From positions 27,860 to 91,859 of the IMG/VR virus record IMGVR_UViG_2895374923_000001: 64,000 nt of DNA; one strand, given 5' to 3'. A model generated the notes under the pieces. That model searched no databases. It saw only the letters and a program-made list of their open reading frames with translations, and had not been told where the DNA came from. Origin of the DNA: a virus (taxonomy: Duplodnaviria; Caudoviricetes). Within the stretch, counting starts at the first letter, position 1, and the number at the start of each line of letters is the position of its first letter. Below, piece after piece: positions 9,189 to 17,190 of this stretch. The position numbers and the translations under genes were made by a program.

Positions 9189-9375
9189 GGTGGTTCTCCT
9201 TGTTCCTGGAAGTTCAAGCGGGGTCATGCTGGGTTAAGTTGTCGGCCCCCTCAGTGGGATCGTGCGGTAGCAGGAGTTGCACCTCCTGTTACCTGCACCC
9301 CGCTGGGGGGCTTTGTGCTTTGCGGACACCAAGAGTCTCCGGGATTCCCCCAGACCCCTCCTTGGTCCACTACAT

Positions 9376-9404
9376 AAGCTAACGGGTCCGATGGTGGTTC
9401 ACAA
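9376..9404 (-). promoter_or_regulatory. Putative leftward promoter for the xis-pri-rep operon
   Basis: - strand TTGTGA-N17-TAGCTT. Confidence 0.5.
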
Positions 9405-9510
9405 CTCGCCTCGACCCTTGCAGCTTGCGCAAGGCGCAGGACGGGAGCCCAAGGACTTATGCGCATCCGCATAGCGCGACACAGAACGGCGTGTTCGAAT
9501 CCTTCTGGGC

Positions 9511-9867
9511 ACGTTGCTACTCGTTGCTACTCGTTGCCACTCGTTGCAGGAGACGAGGCTGATCGAGAGCGAAGCAATGTAACGCAGGACAACGCAAGCA
9601 GATGACTGAAGATGCATGAAGATCAGAGATAGTCAGAGATCGCCTGGTAGCAAGGCAGTCCTGGGCAGTTTTAGGCACCCGGACGGTGCGAAGGCTCCTC
9701 TGAACTGGTAGGGAACAGTAGGGAACAGAAGGAATCGTGTCGGCCTGGGGTTTCATGACAGCCCGCCATTCCTAAGCAGTGATCTCCGATGTGCACTTCT
9801 TCGCACACCCCAGGCAGTCCAGGAGATCCATGGGAGTCCCTAGAGTCTGTATAGGTCTGTAGAAGAC
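9511..9867. repeat. Array of about 7 different 10-bp-period tandem repeat clusters (operator-like)
   Basis: CGTTGCTAC-like x4, AACGCA x2-3, TGAAGAT x2, TCAGAGAT x2, GGCAGT x2-3, GTAGGGAACA x2, GTCTGTA x2. Confidence 0.8.
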
Positions 9868-9896
9868 TTGCGGCCATGCATGATGAAAGCTACCTT
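9868..9896 (+). promoter_or_regulatory. Putative promoter of the regulator-integrase operon (leaderless ATG 9904)
   Basis: TTGCGG-N17-TACCTT, with an in-frame ATG 7 nt later. Confidence 0.55.
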
Positions 9897-9903
9897 CTCA
9901 TGC

Positions 9904-10542
9904 ATGAGCTGTCCGCGATGTGCGCACCCTTGGCGCGTTCTGGACGCTCCTAACCCCACTCTGGAGATGCTCTTGACCGAGTTCGCCGACTGGCTCAGCA
10001 CGACCGCGAGGGGCCTCGGCTACCGCACGGACGCCCAGCTCGCTGCCGCCCTTGAAGTGCAGCAATCCACTGTCACGCGGTGGCGCAAGGGCAACCAGCC
10101 GCAGATCAAGCACCTGATCGAGATGGCCCGCCTCTTCCAGATGCCGGTGGCTCCCCTGCTTGTCCTGGCAGGCCACGTGCCGGCGGACCTCTTGGGGGGT
10201 GTAGAGCCTGCTGGGCTGCCAATGACGGAAAGTGTGCGACGGATTCGTGATGCGCCGCTGACTGACCTGCAGAAGAAGGCGTTGACCGTCTACTGGGACA
10301 AACGTCTCGCTGACGAGCGCCAGAAGTTGTCATATCTCATCGACTGGATCGCGGCCGGTGACAGCACGTCTCGGCAAGAGGCAGGTGACTCGCTGTTGGA
10401 CCTGATCACGCAGGGGGTCCGATCGCAGGCAGCCACTCACCTCATGGAACTGATCGAGACCCTTGTCGCAATCGAAGCGACGCCGCGAAAGCGACGCCGC
10501 CGCACAGTCCGCCAGGACTCCCCCGACGACATACCGGAGTAG
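9904..10542 (+). CDS. XRE-family repressor of the left element
   Basis: FADWL...DAQLAAALEVQQSTVTRWRKGNQP...LLVLAG; divergent from xis; start uncertain (9868-9967). Confidence 0.85.
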   Translation: MSCPRCAHPWRVLDAPNPTLEMLLTEFADWLSTTARGLGYRTDAQLAAALEVQQSTVTRWRKGNQPQIKHLIEMARLFQMPVAPLLVLAGHVPADLLGGVEPAGLPMTESVRRIRDAPLTDLQKKALTVYWDKRLADERQKLSYLIDWIAAGDSTSRQEAGDSLLDLITQGVRSQAATHLMELIETLVAIEATPRKRRRRTVRQDSPDDIPE

Positions 10543-10544
10543 CC

Positions 10545-11849
10545 ATGGCCGAGAGGAAGCCACGGACCCGAGGAAACCGCGAAGGCCGCCCCTACCAGCG
10601 CGCCTCTGACGGTCTATGGGTAGCGACCGTCTACCTACCGAACGGCCGAAGGAAACCCATCTACGGCAAGACCCGCGCGGAAGCAGTCAGCAAGAAGAAG
10701 ACGGCCGAGAAGGAGATCGCTGCGGGCCAGCCGGTCACTGCGGGGCGTACGGACACCCTCGCCCACTACCTGCTGAAGACCTGGGTGGGCGTGACCCTCC
10801 CACAGCGCGTCGCCGCCGGCCGACTGGCACCGAGCACACTCGACAGCTACCGCGAGAAGGTCGACCTGCACATCGTCCCGCACCTGGGCAAGGTCAAGCT
10901 GGTCGATCTTTCCACGAGACACATCCGGACCTGGTTACTGGAGTTGGCCGACAAGCCCAGCGGCAACCGGCGCCGCAAGCTCCGGCCGGGCGAGAAGAAG
11001 CTCCCCGAGCCCGAGAAGCTGTCGGCCCGGACTATCGCCTACTGTCACGCCGTGCTGCGCAAGGCGCTCGCCGACGCGGTGGATGACGAGATCATCGGGA
11101 AGAACGTGCTCACTCTGGTGGACGCGCCCTCGGTGGACAAGAAGGAGTTCAAGCCCCTCACCAAGGAGGAGGCTGCACGCTTCCTGGTCGAGGCCGCGCA
11201 TGACCGGCTGTGGGTGTACTGGCTAGTGCTTCTGGCCTTGGGCCTGCGCCGCGGCGAGGGACTCGGAATGCGGTGGTCGCACATCGACCTCGACGCGGGC
11301 TCCGTACGCCTGGAGAAGTCAGTTCAGCGGCTGCGCGGCGAGAAGAACGAAGCAACGGGCAGACGGAGCGGCCAACTGGTCGAGAAGCGGCTGAAGACCG
11401 TCGCAAGCAAGGCGACCGTGGCCATCCCCTCGACTGCTCTCCAAGCGTTGAAGGACCTGCATGAGACGCAGGAGGCCGACCGCGAGGGAGCCGACGTATG
11501 GATTGATCCCGACCTCGTCTTCTGTACCAGCCTCGGCACCCCCCTGGAGCCTCGCAACGTCAACCGGGCCTGGTACGCGCTGTGCAAGCGCGCAGACCTG
11601 CGTCAGGGGGATGACGAGGACGGGCTGAGGGTGCATGACCTCCGGCACGCCTGTGCCAGCTTCTTGTTCGCGAAGGGCAACGACATCAAGACGATCCAGA
11701 GTGTGCTGCGTCATGCCCGCCAGTCGACCACCAGCGATCTTTACGTGCACATCTTCGACGAGGTGAAGCGGAAGGCCGCCAAGACCATGGACAGCGTGCT
11801 GGTGGATCTCACGCAACAGCGCGCGAAGCGCAGGAAGGCGGCCTCATGA
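10545..11849 (+). CDS. int: Tyrosine integrase with N-terminal arm-binding domain
   Basis: REGRPYQRASDGLW...YGKT; LGLRRGE, HDLRH, LRH, DLYVH. Confidence 0.95.
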   Translation: MAERKPRTRGNREGRPYQRASDGLWVATVYLPNGRRKPIYGKTRAEAVSKKKTAEKEIAAGQPVTAGRTDTLAHYLLKTWVGVTLPQRVAAGRLAPSTLDSYREKVDLHIVPHLGKVKLVDLSTRHIRTWLLELADKPSGNRRRKLRPGEKKLPEPEKLSARTIAYCHAVLRKALADAVDDEIIGKNVLTLVDAPSVDKKEFKPLTKEEAARFLVEAAHDRLWVYWLVLLALGLRRGEGLGMRWSHIDLDAGSVRLEKSVQRLRGEKNEATGRRSGQLVEKRLKTVASKATVAIPSTALQALKDLHETQEADREGADVWIDPDLVFCTSLGTPLEPRNVNRAWYALCKRADLRQGDDEDGLRVHDLRHACASFLFAKGNDIKTIQSVLRHARQSTTSDLYVHIFDEVKRKAAKTMDSVLVDLTQQRAKRRKAAS

Positions 11850-11876
11850 ATCGCCTCGTCCAAGATCAAACGCACG

Positions 11877-11897
11877 CGTTGCTACACACGTTGCTAC
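11877..11897 (+). promoter_or_regulatory. Putative integrase arm-type sites
   Basis: CGTTGCTAC direct repeat (11877, 11889) between int and tRNA. Confidence 0.6.
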
Positions 11898-11949
11898 ATA
11901 CGCGATCTTGGCATTCTGCGCGATCAAGGAAGTGCCTGGTCAGTACAAG

Positions 11950-12023
11950 CGCGCCCTGCAGGATTCGAACCTGCGACCGTCGGATTAGAAGTCCGATGCT
12001 CTATCCAGCTGAGCTAAGGGCGC
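11950..12023 (-). tRNA. tRNA-Arg, anticodon TCT (reads AGA); likely att site
   Basis: GCGCCCTTAGCTCAGCTGGATAGAGCATCGGACTTCTAATCCGACGGTCGCAGGTTCGAATCCTGCAGGGCGCG folds as a cloverleaf; CCA not encoded. Confidence 0.96.
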
Positions 12024-12139
12024 CAGAAATGCAACGTTGACCAGCAATGTCGCCGGTCCCATGAGAGAGTAACGCATCCGCACACTGCGCCAACAGCATC
12101 GGATTCCGACTCCGAAAATGATCTTGGAGACGCCCTCTC

Positions 12140-12691
12140 ATGGACCGACGCCGAAACTCTACCCCGCTTTATGCCCGTACCACCCTTAAGATCGCCGTGC
12201 TCGAGGCCGCGTCCCGTGGGGAGTTGGACAACCCCGAGGCCGTCATCGAATCCCTCATGCCGGCGGCCGACGCATTCGAGGCCGACGCACGAGAGCAGCT
12301 GCGCGCGCTTCACTCCCGGCTCGCCGAGCAGCAGGCGGCACACGAGGCGGAACGTGAACGCTGGGCCGACGAGAAGGCGCGCCTGATCAGGCAGTGCCAG
12401 CGTGCGGAGCGTGACCTGGTGGCAATCTCCGGCTGCCCGCAGAACGGCCCGCTGGAGGATCCGCATGGGTTCTACGTCTACTACCTCTGGGATCACCTTC
12501 AGCGAATCCTCTACATCGGCCGCTCGGCCAACATCTTCCGCCGCCTCGGCGAGCACGTTCTCAAGCGGGGCATCGGCATCTACCGAATTACGACGGTGCA
12601 GTGTCCCGATGCCGCCACCATGGAGCGCCTGGAGATGCAGGCGATCGCCGAGCATCAGCCGGAGTGGAACGTTCAGGGGGTGTCGGCGTGA
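12140..12691 (+). CDS. Coiled-coil plus C-terminal GIY-YIG nuclease-domain protein
   Basis: YVYYLWD...LYIGRS...RRLGEH...LEMQAIAEHQPEWN. Confidence 0.75.
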   Translation: MDRRRNSTPLYARTTLKIAVLEAASRGELDNPEAVIESLMPAADAFEADAREQLRALHSRLAEQQAAHEAERERWADEKARLIRQCQRAERDLVAISGCPQNGPLEDPHGFYVYYLWDHLQRILYIGRSANIFRRLGEHVLKRGIGIYRITTVQCPDAATMERLEMQAIAEHQPEWNVQGVSA

Positions 12692-13692
12692 TGGCCCGGC
12701 GCCCGGCCAAGGCCGCCAGATCCCCCAGACTCGCCGCACTCCTCGACTCGTGGGTGCTGGCGCTGGAGTCGGCCAACCGCTCCCCCGGCACCATCACCAG
12801 CTACCGCCACACGGTCACCCTGCTCACGACCTACCTGAGCCGGCACGAGCTGCCCGACACGGTCGCGGGCGTCGGGGCCGCGGAGATCCGCGCCTTCCAG
12901 CTCGCCACCCTGACCGGCTGCCGGGCCGGCGACGAGGCCGGCGGCGAAGGCGCGCCCTGCCCGTGCGGCGTTCGGCGGAGCAGCGCCGGCAATGCCGACA
13001 AACACCATCGCAATCTGAAGGCGTTCTTCAACTGGCTGATCGCCGACGGCGAGCTGGCCGGCCCGCATCCCATGACGACCGTCGCCCGCCCCACCGTGCC
13101 CGACGAGGCCGAGCCGGTCCTCACCGACGACGAACTACGCGACGTCCTCAATGAGTGTTCCGGCACCTCGTTCGAGGAGCGCCGCGACACGGCCATTCTT
13201 AGGATCTTCATGGACACCGGCGCACGCCTGGACTCCCTCGGCGGCCTGCGCTACAGCTCCGACCCCGAGGAGTCCGACGTCAACCTCGGCAAGAAGCTCT
13301 TGCGCATCCGGAAGAAGGGCGGCGACGTGATCTATGTGCCGCTCGGTAAAAAGGCGGCTCGCGACCTTGACCGTTACCTGCGCATCCGTGCCCTTCACCC
13401 GGACGCCGACAGCGAGTGGCTGTGGCTCGGCAAGCGCGGACGCCTGCAGAACTCCGGCATCCAGCAGATGCTCAAGCGCCGCGGCACCCGGGCCGGGGTG
13501 AACAACCTCCACGCCCACCGCTTCCGGCACCGCTTCGCCGACGACTGGCTGTCCGCGGGCGGTAACGCGCAGGACTTGATGCGGATCGCGGGATGGTCCA
13601 GCATCCAGATGGTGGGCCGGTACGGCAGGGCGGCGGCGGACCGGCGGGCGTGGCAGGCGCATGCTCGCCTGTCACCTGGTGACCGGATTTAG
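12691..13692 (+). CDS. int: Tyrosine recombinase/integrase of the prophage (Xer-like, no obvious arm domain)
   Basis: FMDTGARL, LHAHRFRH, AGW, GRY. Confidence 0.92.
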   Translation: MARRPAKAARSPRLAALLDSWVLALESANRSPGTITSYRHTVTLLTTYLSRHELPDTVAGVGAAEIRAFQLATLTGCRAGDEAGGEGAPCPCGVRRSSAGNADKHHRNLKAFFNWLIADGELAGPHPMTTVARPTVPDEAEPVLTDDELRDVLNECSGTSFEERRDTAILRIFMDTGARLDSLGGLRYSSDPEESDVNLGKKLLRIRKKGGDVIYVPLGKKAARDLDRYLRIRALHPDADSEWLWLGKRGRLQNSGIQQMLKRRGTRAGVNNLHAHRFRHRFADDWLSAGGNAQDLMRIAGWSSIQMVGRYGRAAADRRAWQAHARLSPGDRI

Positions 13693-13954
13693 CCCTTACC
13701 TGAAGGCAATACCGCCGTAGCCTTTCTCTTTAAGTTTTAACTACGCAATTCGGCGCGAATTCCACAATTCGGCGCGACCGTTGTCACGCTCGGCGATGCC
13801 ATCGTCCGGGATCGTGAGGATTGACAGGTAACTGTAAGGAACGGTCCGTTCACAGAGGGCGCGGCGAGGCGTAGTCTCATCCAATCGCGTCTCGCTGTGG
13901 GAATCGAGATCGGTGATCGGGAATCTCGGGGGTCCCGGCCGGAAGGCAGGAGCA

Positions 13955-14338
13955 GTGACCCAGAAGCACCACCCTCGGCGCATCCTCAACTGCGCCGCAG
14001 CCGTCACGATTGGGGCCCTCATCGTCGAGCTGTACGTAGGCGTTCTCACACACCGGACCTTTCTGGTCCTCCTGGCGGGGGCAGCCACGATCGTCATCGT
14101 GATCGCCCTGCAGTGCCACGCCGATCGCGTCGAGGCCGTCACCCGGGAGCAGGCCACGACGATCAAGAAGTACTCGCTCACCCTCGATCGAGTGCTCGAC
14201 GTGGGCCTGCATGGCGTCGCGTCGGCCCAGGCCGAGGCGCGCGGGTTCTACGACAGCCCGGGCGTGCACGTCTCCGACAGCCCGATTGATGTGCGGTCGG
14301 ACACTGGACCGTTCCAGATGCACAACGGGCGCAACTGA
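13955..14338 (+). CDS. Small two-TM membrane protein
   Basis: Two hydrophobic helices; AGGAG RBS. Confidence 0.6.
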   Translation: MTQKHHPRRILNCAAAVTIGALIVELYVGVLTHRTFLVLLAGAATIVIVIALQCHADRVEAVTREQATTIKKYSLTLDRVLDVGLHGVASAQAEARGFYDSPGVHVSDSPIDVRSDTGPFQMHNGRN

Positions 14339-14360
14339 CGACACGGTGCCGGCCGGGTGT

Positions 14361-14987
14361 TCACTCGCCCGGCTGGCGCCTTTCCCGATCCCGGCGTCGC
14401 CGCTCGGCGCGGAGGCGTTCGGCCTCGAAGATCTCGGCCCGGCGCTCCAGATACTTCTTGATCAGACGCTGCTTGACCTCGTCGGGGATGTCCTCAGCCT
14501 CGATCGCCGCGATGTGCCTGTCCTTCGGCAACGCGTCGGGAATGACCAGATCGCCCTCGTCCGCCAGGCCGGCCTCAAGGAGCAGCTGAGCCAGCGAGCG
14601 ACTTTCAACGCGCGCCAATTCTTTGAGGTCGGCGACCGCCTGGCGCGCCTCGTTCGGCACCAGAGGTAGGGCAACTTCGGCCGAGTCTTGGCGTAGAAGA
14701 TCTCTCAGGAAATCGGCGGCGTCCGTTCTTCCGGCTTCGGCAAGTTCCTCGGGCGTGAGCTTCGCAGCTCTCGCCATGTGAGCCAGAGTCGAGGCTGGCG
14801 CGATCACCTCTCGTGGAGGCTGGTCCTTGCCCATCGACTGGTACCCGCGCTCGATGTGGCCCCAATAGTCGGCAGTGATGCCTGCTTGCTCGGCCGCGTC
14901 ACCCATGGAGAGTTTGGGCCGCAGGCGCTGACGTGCTACTCGCAGCAGAGCGCCTTCCTTGGTGGACGGCGTGTGCTCGCGGGCCAT
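14361..14987 (-). CDS. Prophage immunity repressor (XRE HTH)
   Basis: LSMGDAAEQAGITADYWGHIERG...STLAHMARA; divergent from cro. Confidence 0.85.
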   Translation of the reverse strand: MAREHTPSTKEGALLRVARQRLRPKLSMGDAAEQAGITADYWGHIERGYQSMGKDQPPREVIAPASTLAHMARAAKLTPEELAEAGRTDAADFLRDLLRQDSAEVALPLVPNEARQAVADLKELARVESRSLAQLLLEAGLADEGDLVIPDALPKDRHIAAIEAEDIPDEVKQRLIKKYLERRAEIFEAERLRAERRRRDRERRQPGE

Positions 14988-15000
14988 GCCCGTCCCCTCA

Positions 15001-15150
15001 TCAGACTTATACAGACCTATATCCGCAGCATAGTGCACTGATGCAGCTCGCCAGACAACCCCCTACACCGCCATTCATTCATCACTACAGATCACTACTG
15101 AAAAATGCAGGCGAGGTCTGTTGTAGAAGTCTGTATAAGTCTGTAGTGTT
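15001..15150. promoter_or_regulatory. cI/cro switch: 10-bp-phased GTCTGTA/CTGTAG operator repeats and cro promoter
   Basis: CAGACTTATACAGACCTATA (15002-15021), ATCACTACAG/ATCACTACTG (15081-15100), AGTCTGTATAAGTCTGTAG (15128-15146); TTGTAG-N17-TAGTGT, then leaderless ATG 15157. Confidence 0.7.
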
Positions 15151-15156
15151 CTTCTC

Positions 15157-15411
15157 ATGACGACGATTCCCCGTCCTCCCAAGCTGCGGAGCCCTGGTCG
15201 CCCCCGCTACGCCAACGGCCTGGCCGTCCGCGAGAAGCGCGTGAAGGCCAAGCTCACTCAGGTTCAGCTCGCCGAGCTCGCCAACATCACCCAGCCGCAC
15301 GTGTCCGCTATCGAACTCGGGCGTTCCAGCCCTGGCGTCGAGGTCCTCCACCGACTGGCCGACATTTTCAAGTGCGAGGTCGGCGAGCTGATGATCAAGG
15401 CGGAAAGTTGA
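15157..15411 (+). CDS. Cro-like XRE regulator
   Basis: LTQVQLAELANITQPHVSAIELGRSSP. Confidence 0.9.
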   Translation: MTTIPRPPKLRSPGRPRYANGLAVREKRVKAKLTQVQLAELANITQPHVSAIELGRSSPGVEVLHRLADIFKCEVGELMIKAES

Positions 15412-15698
15412 CCGCCCAGTCGGAGCGCTCGAACCTCGCGAGCATCGCCGCCAACGAGCGCTGGGCCCGCGAGCGCGACCGGACCGCGGCCACGGCCGCC
15501 ATGCGCGCCAAGAGCCCCGCTTCGATCGAGTACTGGCTCAAGAAGGTCAACCCCGACGGCCAGCTGCCGCACGCCGAAGCGATCAAGCTCGCCGAGAACG
15601 CGCAGAAGGCGCACTTCAAACGGCTCGCACTCGCCAGCCGCCGTGCAAAGGCCGCCAAGCGCAAGGCGGCCCAGGCCACCGCAGGCGACCCCTCCTAA
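15408..15698 (+). CDS. Basic hypothetical protein typical of actinobacterial mobile elements
   Basis: AANERWARERDRTAAT...VNPDGQL...AHFKRLALAS; coupled to cro. Confidence 0.7.
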   Translation: MTAQSERSNLASIAANERWARERDRTAATAAMRAKSPASIEYWLKKVNPDGQLPHAEAIKLAENAQKAHFKRLALASRRAKAAKRKAAQATAGDPS

Positions 15699-15770
15699 CG
15701 AAGTGCGGGCCCCAGCAACGCCAGCAGCCGGGACCCGCGACCGCAACCTCCCATCCCGAAAGGTGCGGCC

Positions 15771-16460
15771 ATGCCGACCATCCTTCCATCCACACCCGAA
15801 CAGAGGCTCGCGCAGCTGCGCAACCTCGGCCGCAAGCTCGACCTGTACCGCAGCGAGCTGCGCAAGCAGGGCGGCTACGTCCCGGCGCCCATCATCGCCG
15901 GCCACCGCATGGTGGCATCGGTGGTCCGCGAGCTGGCCGACGTCATCGGCGGCACCCCCGGCAACCAGCTGGCCAACGACCTCCGCAAGGCCCTGGCCAG
16001 CGACGAGGGAGTCAGGGACGAGCTGACCAGGCTGCACGACGCCAGCGACACCGACTACCGCCACCACGCCGCGCTGCTGCGCGACTCCGCCCTACAGCAG
16101 GCCGAACACGCGAGGGCCGCGCTCAACGACGCCGCCATCGCCATCCGCGCCGAGCGGGGCGACGCCCTCGCGGGCGCGATCGACCGCATCCTGGCCACCC
16201 TCGCCACCTACACGGACAAGCACGGCACCGACAAGGGCGGCCACCACCAGCGCAGCATGCTCGTCGCCGCCATGCTCACCGCCCGGCACGATGTGCCCCC
16301 GCAGGAAGCAGTCGAGCTGGCCCGTCACGGCTTGGGCGACGAGCGCGTGGACGCCAGCTACCAGGAGAGCCGCGACCTGCTGGAGCGGGCCGAACGCATC
16401 CGCCAGGACGCCGAGAACCTCTCGGCCGCAACGCAGGTCCCGGCGGGTGAGACCCGATGA
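15771..16460 (+). CDS. Phage hypothetical protein
   Basis: GAAAGG RBS, coupled operon. Confidence 0.7.
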   Translation: MPTILPSTPEQRLAQLRNLGRKLDLYRSELRKQGGYVPAPIIAGHRMVASVVRELADVIGGTPGNQLANDLRKALASDEGVRDELTRLHDASDTDYRHHAALLRDSALQQAEHARAALNDAAIAIRAERGDALAGAIDRILATLATYTDKHGTDKGGHHQRSMLVAAMLTARHDVPPQEAVELARHGLGDERVDASYQESRDLLERAERIRQDAENLSAATQVPAGETR

Positions 16461-16843
16461 CGACCACCGACGCGGCCACGGACCAGCGACACCGGCAGCA
16501 GCTCGCCGTCGCAGCCCTCGCCCACCTGCTCACCCTGCCCGCACCCGACTGCTTGACGTGGGACATCCGAGGCGACGGGACGATCCACGGGCAGCTGCCC
16601 GCCGGGTCGCCGGACGCGACCCGAGTCCGGCTCGCCCAGTGGGCCGCCATTCTCGAAGAACCCCAGTGGAGCTACCGCGTCTACACGGTCGCCCCGGACC
16701 ACGCGCACCTGTCGGTGGCCGGCACCTTCCTCGGCCGCCACGTCGAGATCTGGGACGGGATCGACGCAGTCCCCGAGGACCAGGTGGCCGAGCTCACCAC
16801 GCCGCCGCAGCCCGCCGGGCAGGACGAGGCGGTGACGGCATGA
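16457..16843 (+). CDS. Phage hypothetical protein
   Basis: ATGA overlap. Confidence 0.7.
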   Translation: MTTTDAATDQRHRQQLAVAALAHLLTLPAPDCLTWDIRGDGTIHGQLPAGSPDATRVRLAQWAAILEEPQWSYRVYTVAPDHAHLSVAGTFLGRHVEIWDGIDAVPEDQVAELTTPPQPAGQDEAVTA

Positions 16844-17190
16844 CGACCTCATCCACCCCCGCCCTCTACACCCGCACCGAGGTGGCCGCCGTCCTTCGCG
16901 CCACCGCCGACCGCTTCGACCAGCTCACCTACGACCGCGTCGGCCTCCTCGACATCAGCCACGAGAGCCGCATCATCACCACCCGGCGACACGGCAGGCC
17001 CGCCGAGTACTGGCTGCGCCTGGAGACCCTCAACCACCTGGAGGCGTGGCTGCGCGCGACCCGGCAGCCGCACAGGTGGCTGACCACCTACACCGTGCTC
17101 GTCGGCCGCCAGGAGGTCGCCGCCCACATGCGCGCCTGCGCCGACGCCATCGAGACCGCCCAGAGCGGCGAGGCGGTGCCCCATGGCTGA
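16840..17190 (+). CDS. Phage hypothetical protein
   Basis: ATGA overlap (MTTSSTPALY). Confidence 0.65.
   Translation: MTTSSTPALYTRTEVAAVLRATADRFDQLTYDRVGLLDISHESRIITTRRHGRPAEYWLRLETLNHLEAWLRATRQPHRWLTTYTVLVGRQEVAAHMRACADAIETAQSGEAVPHG

Larger units (their letters stand above)
1..11949. mobile_element. Satellite-like integrated element (cf-PICI-like; int-regulator / xis-pri-rep-late regulator-HNH-terS-terL); left end outside window
   Basis: Gene content and order; integrase ends ~100 bp from the tRNA 3' end; only ~12 kb between att and terL. Confidence 0.75.

Noticed and set aside
9484-9499. Possible LexA/SOS box GAACGGCGTGTTCGA
   Set aside because: The spacer between GAAC and GTTC is 5 nt rather than 4; only one good half-site.
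9511-9867. CRISPR array
   Set aside because: Units are ~10 bp, differ between clusters and have no repeat-spacer alternation; no cas genes.
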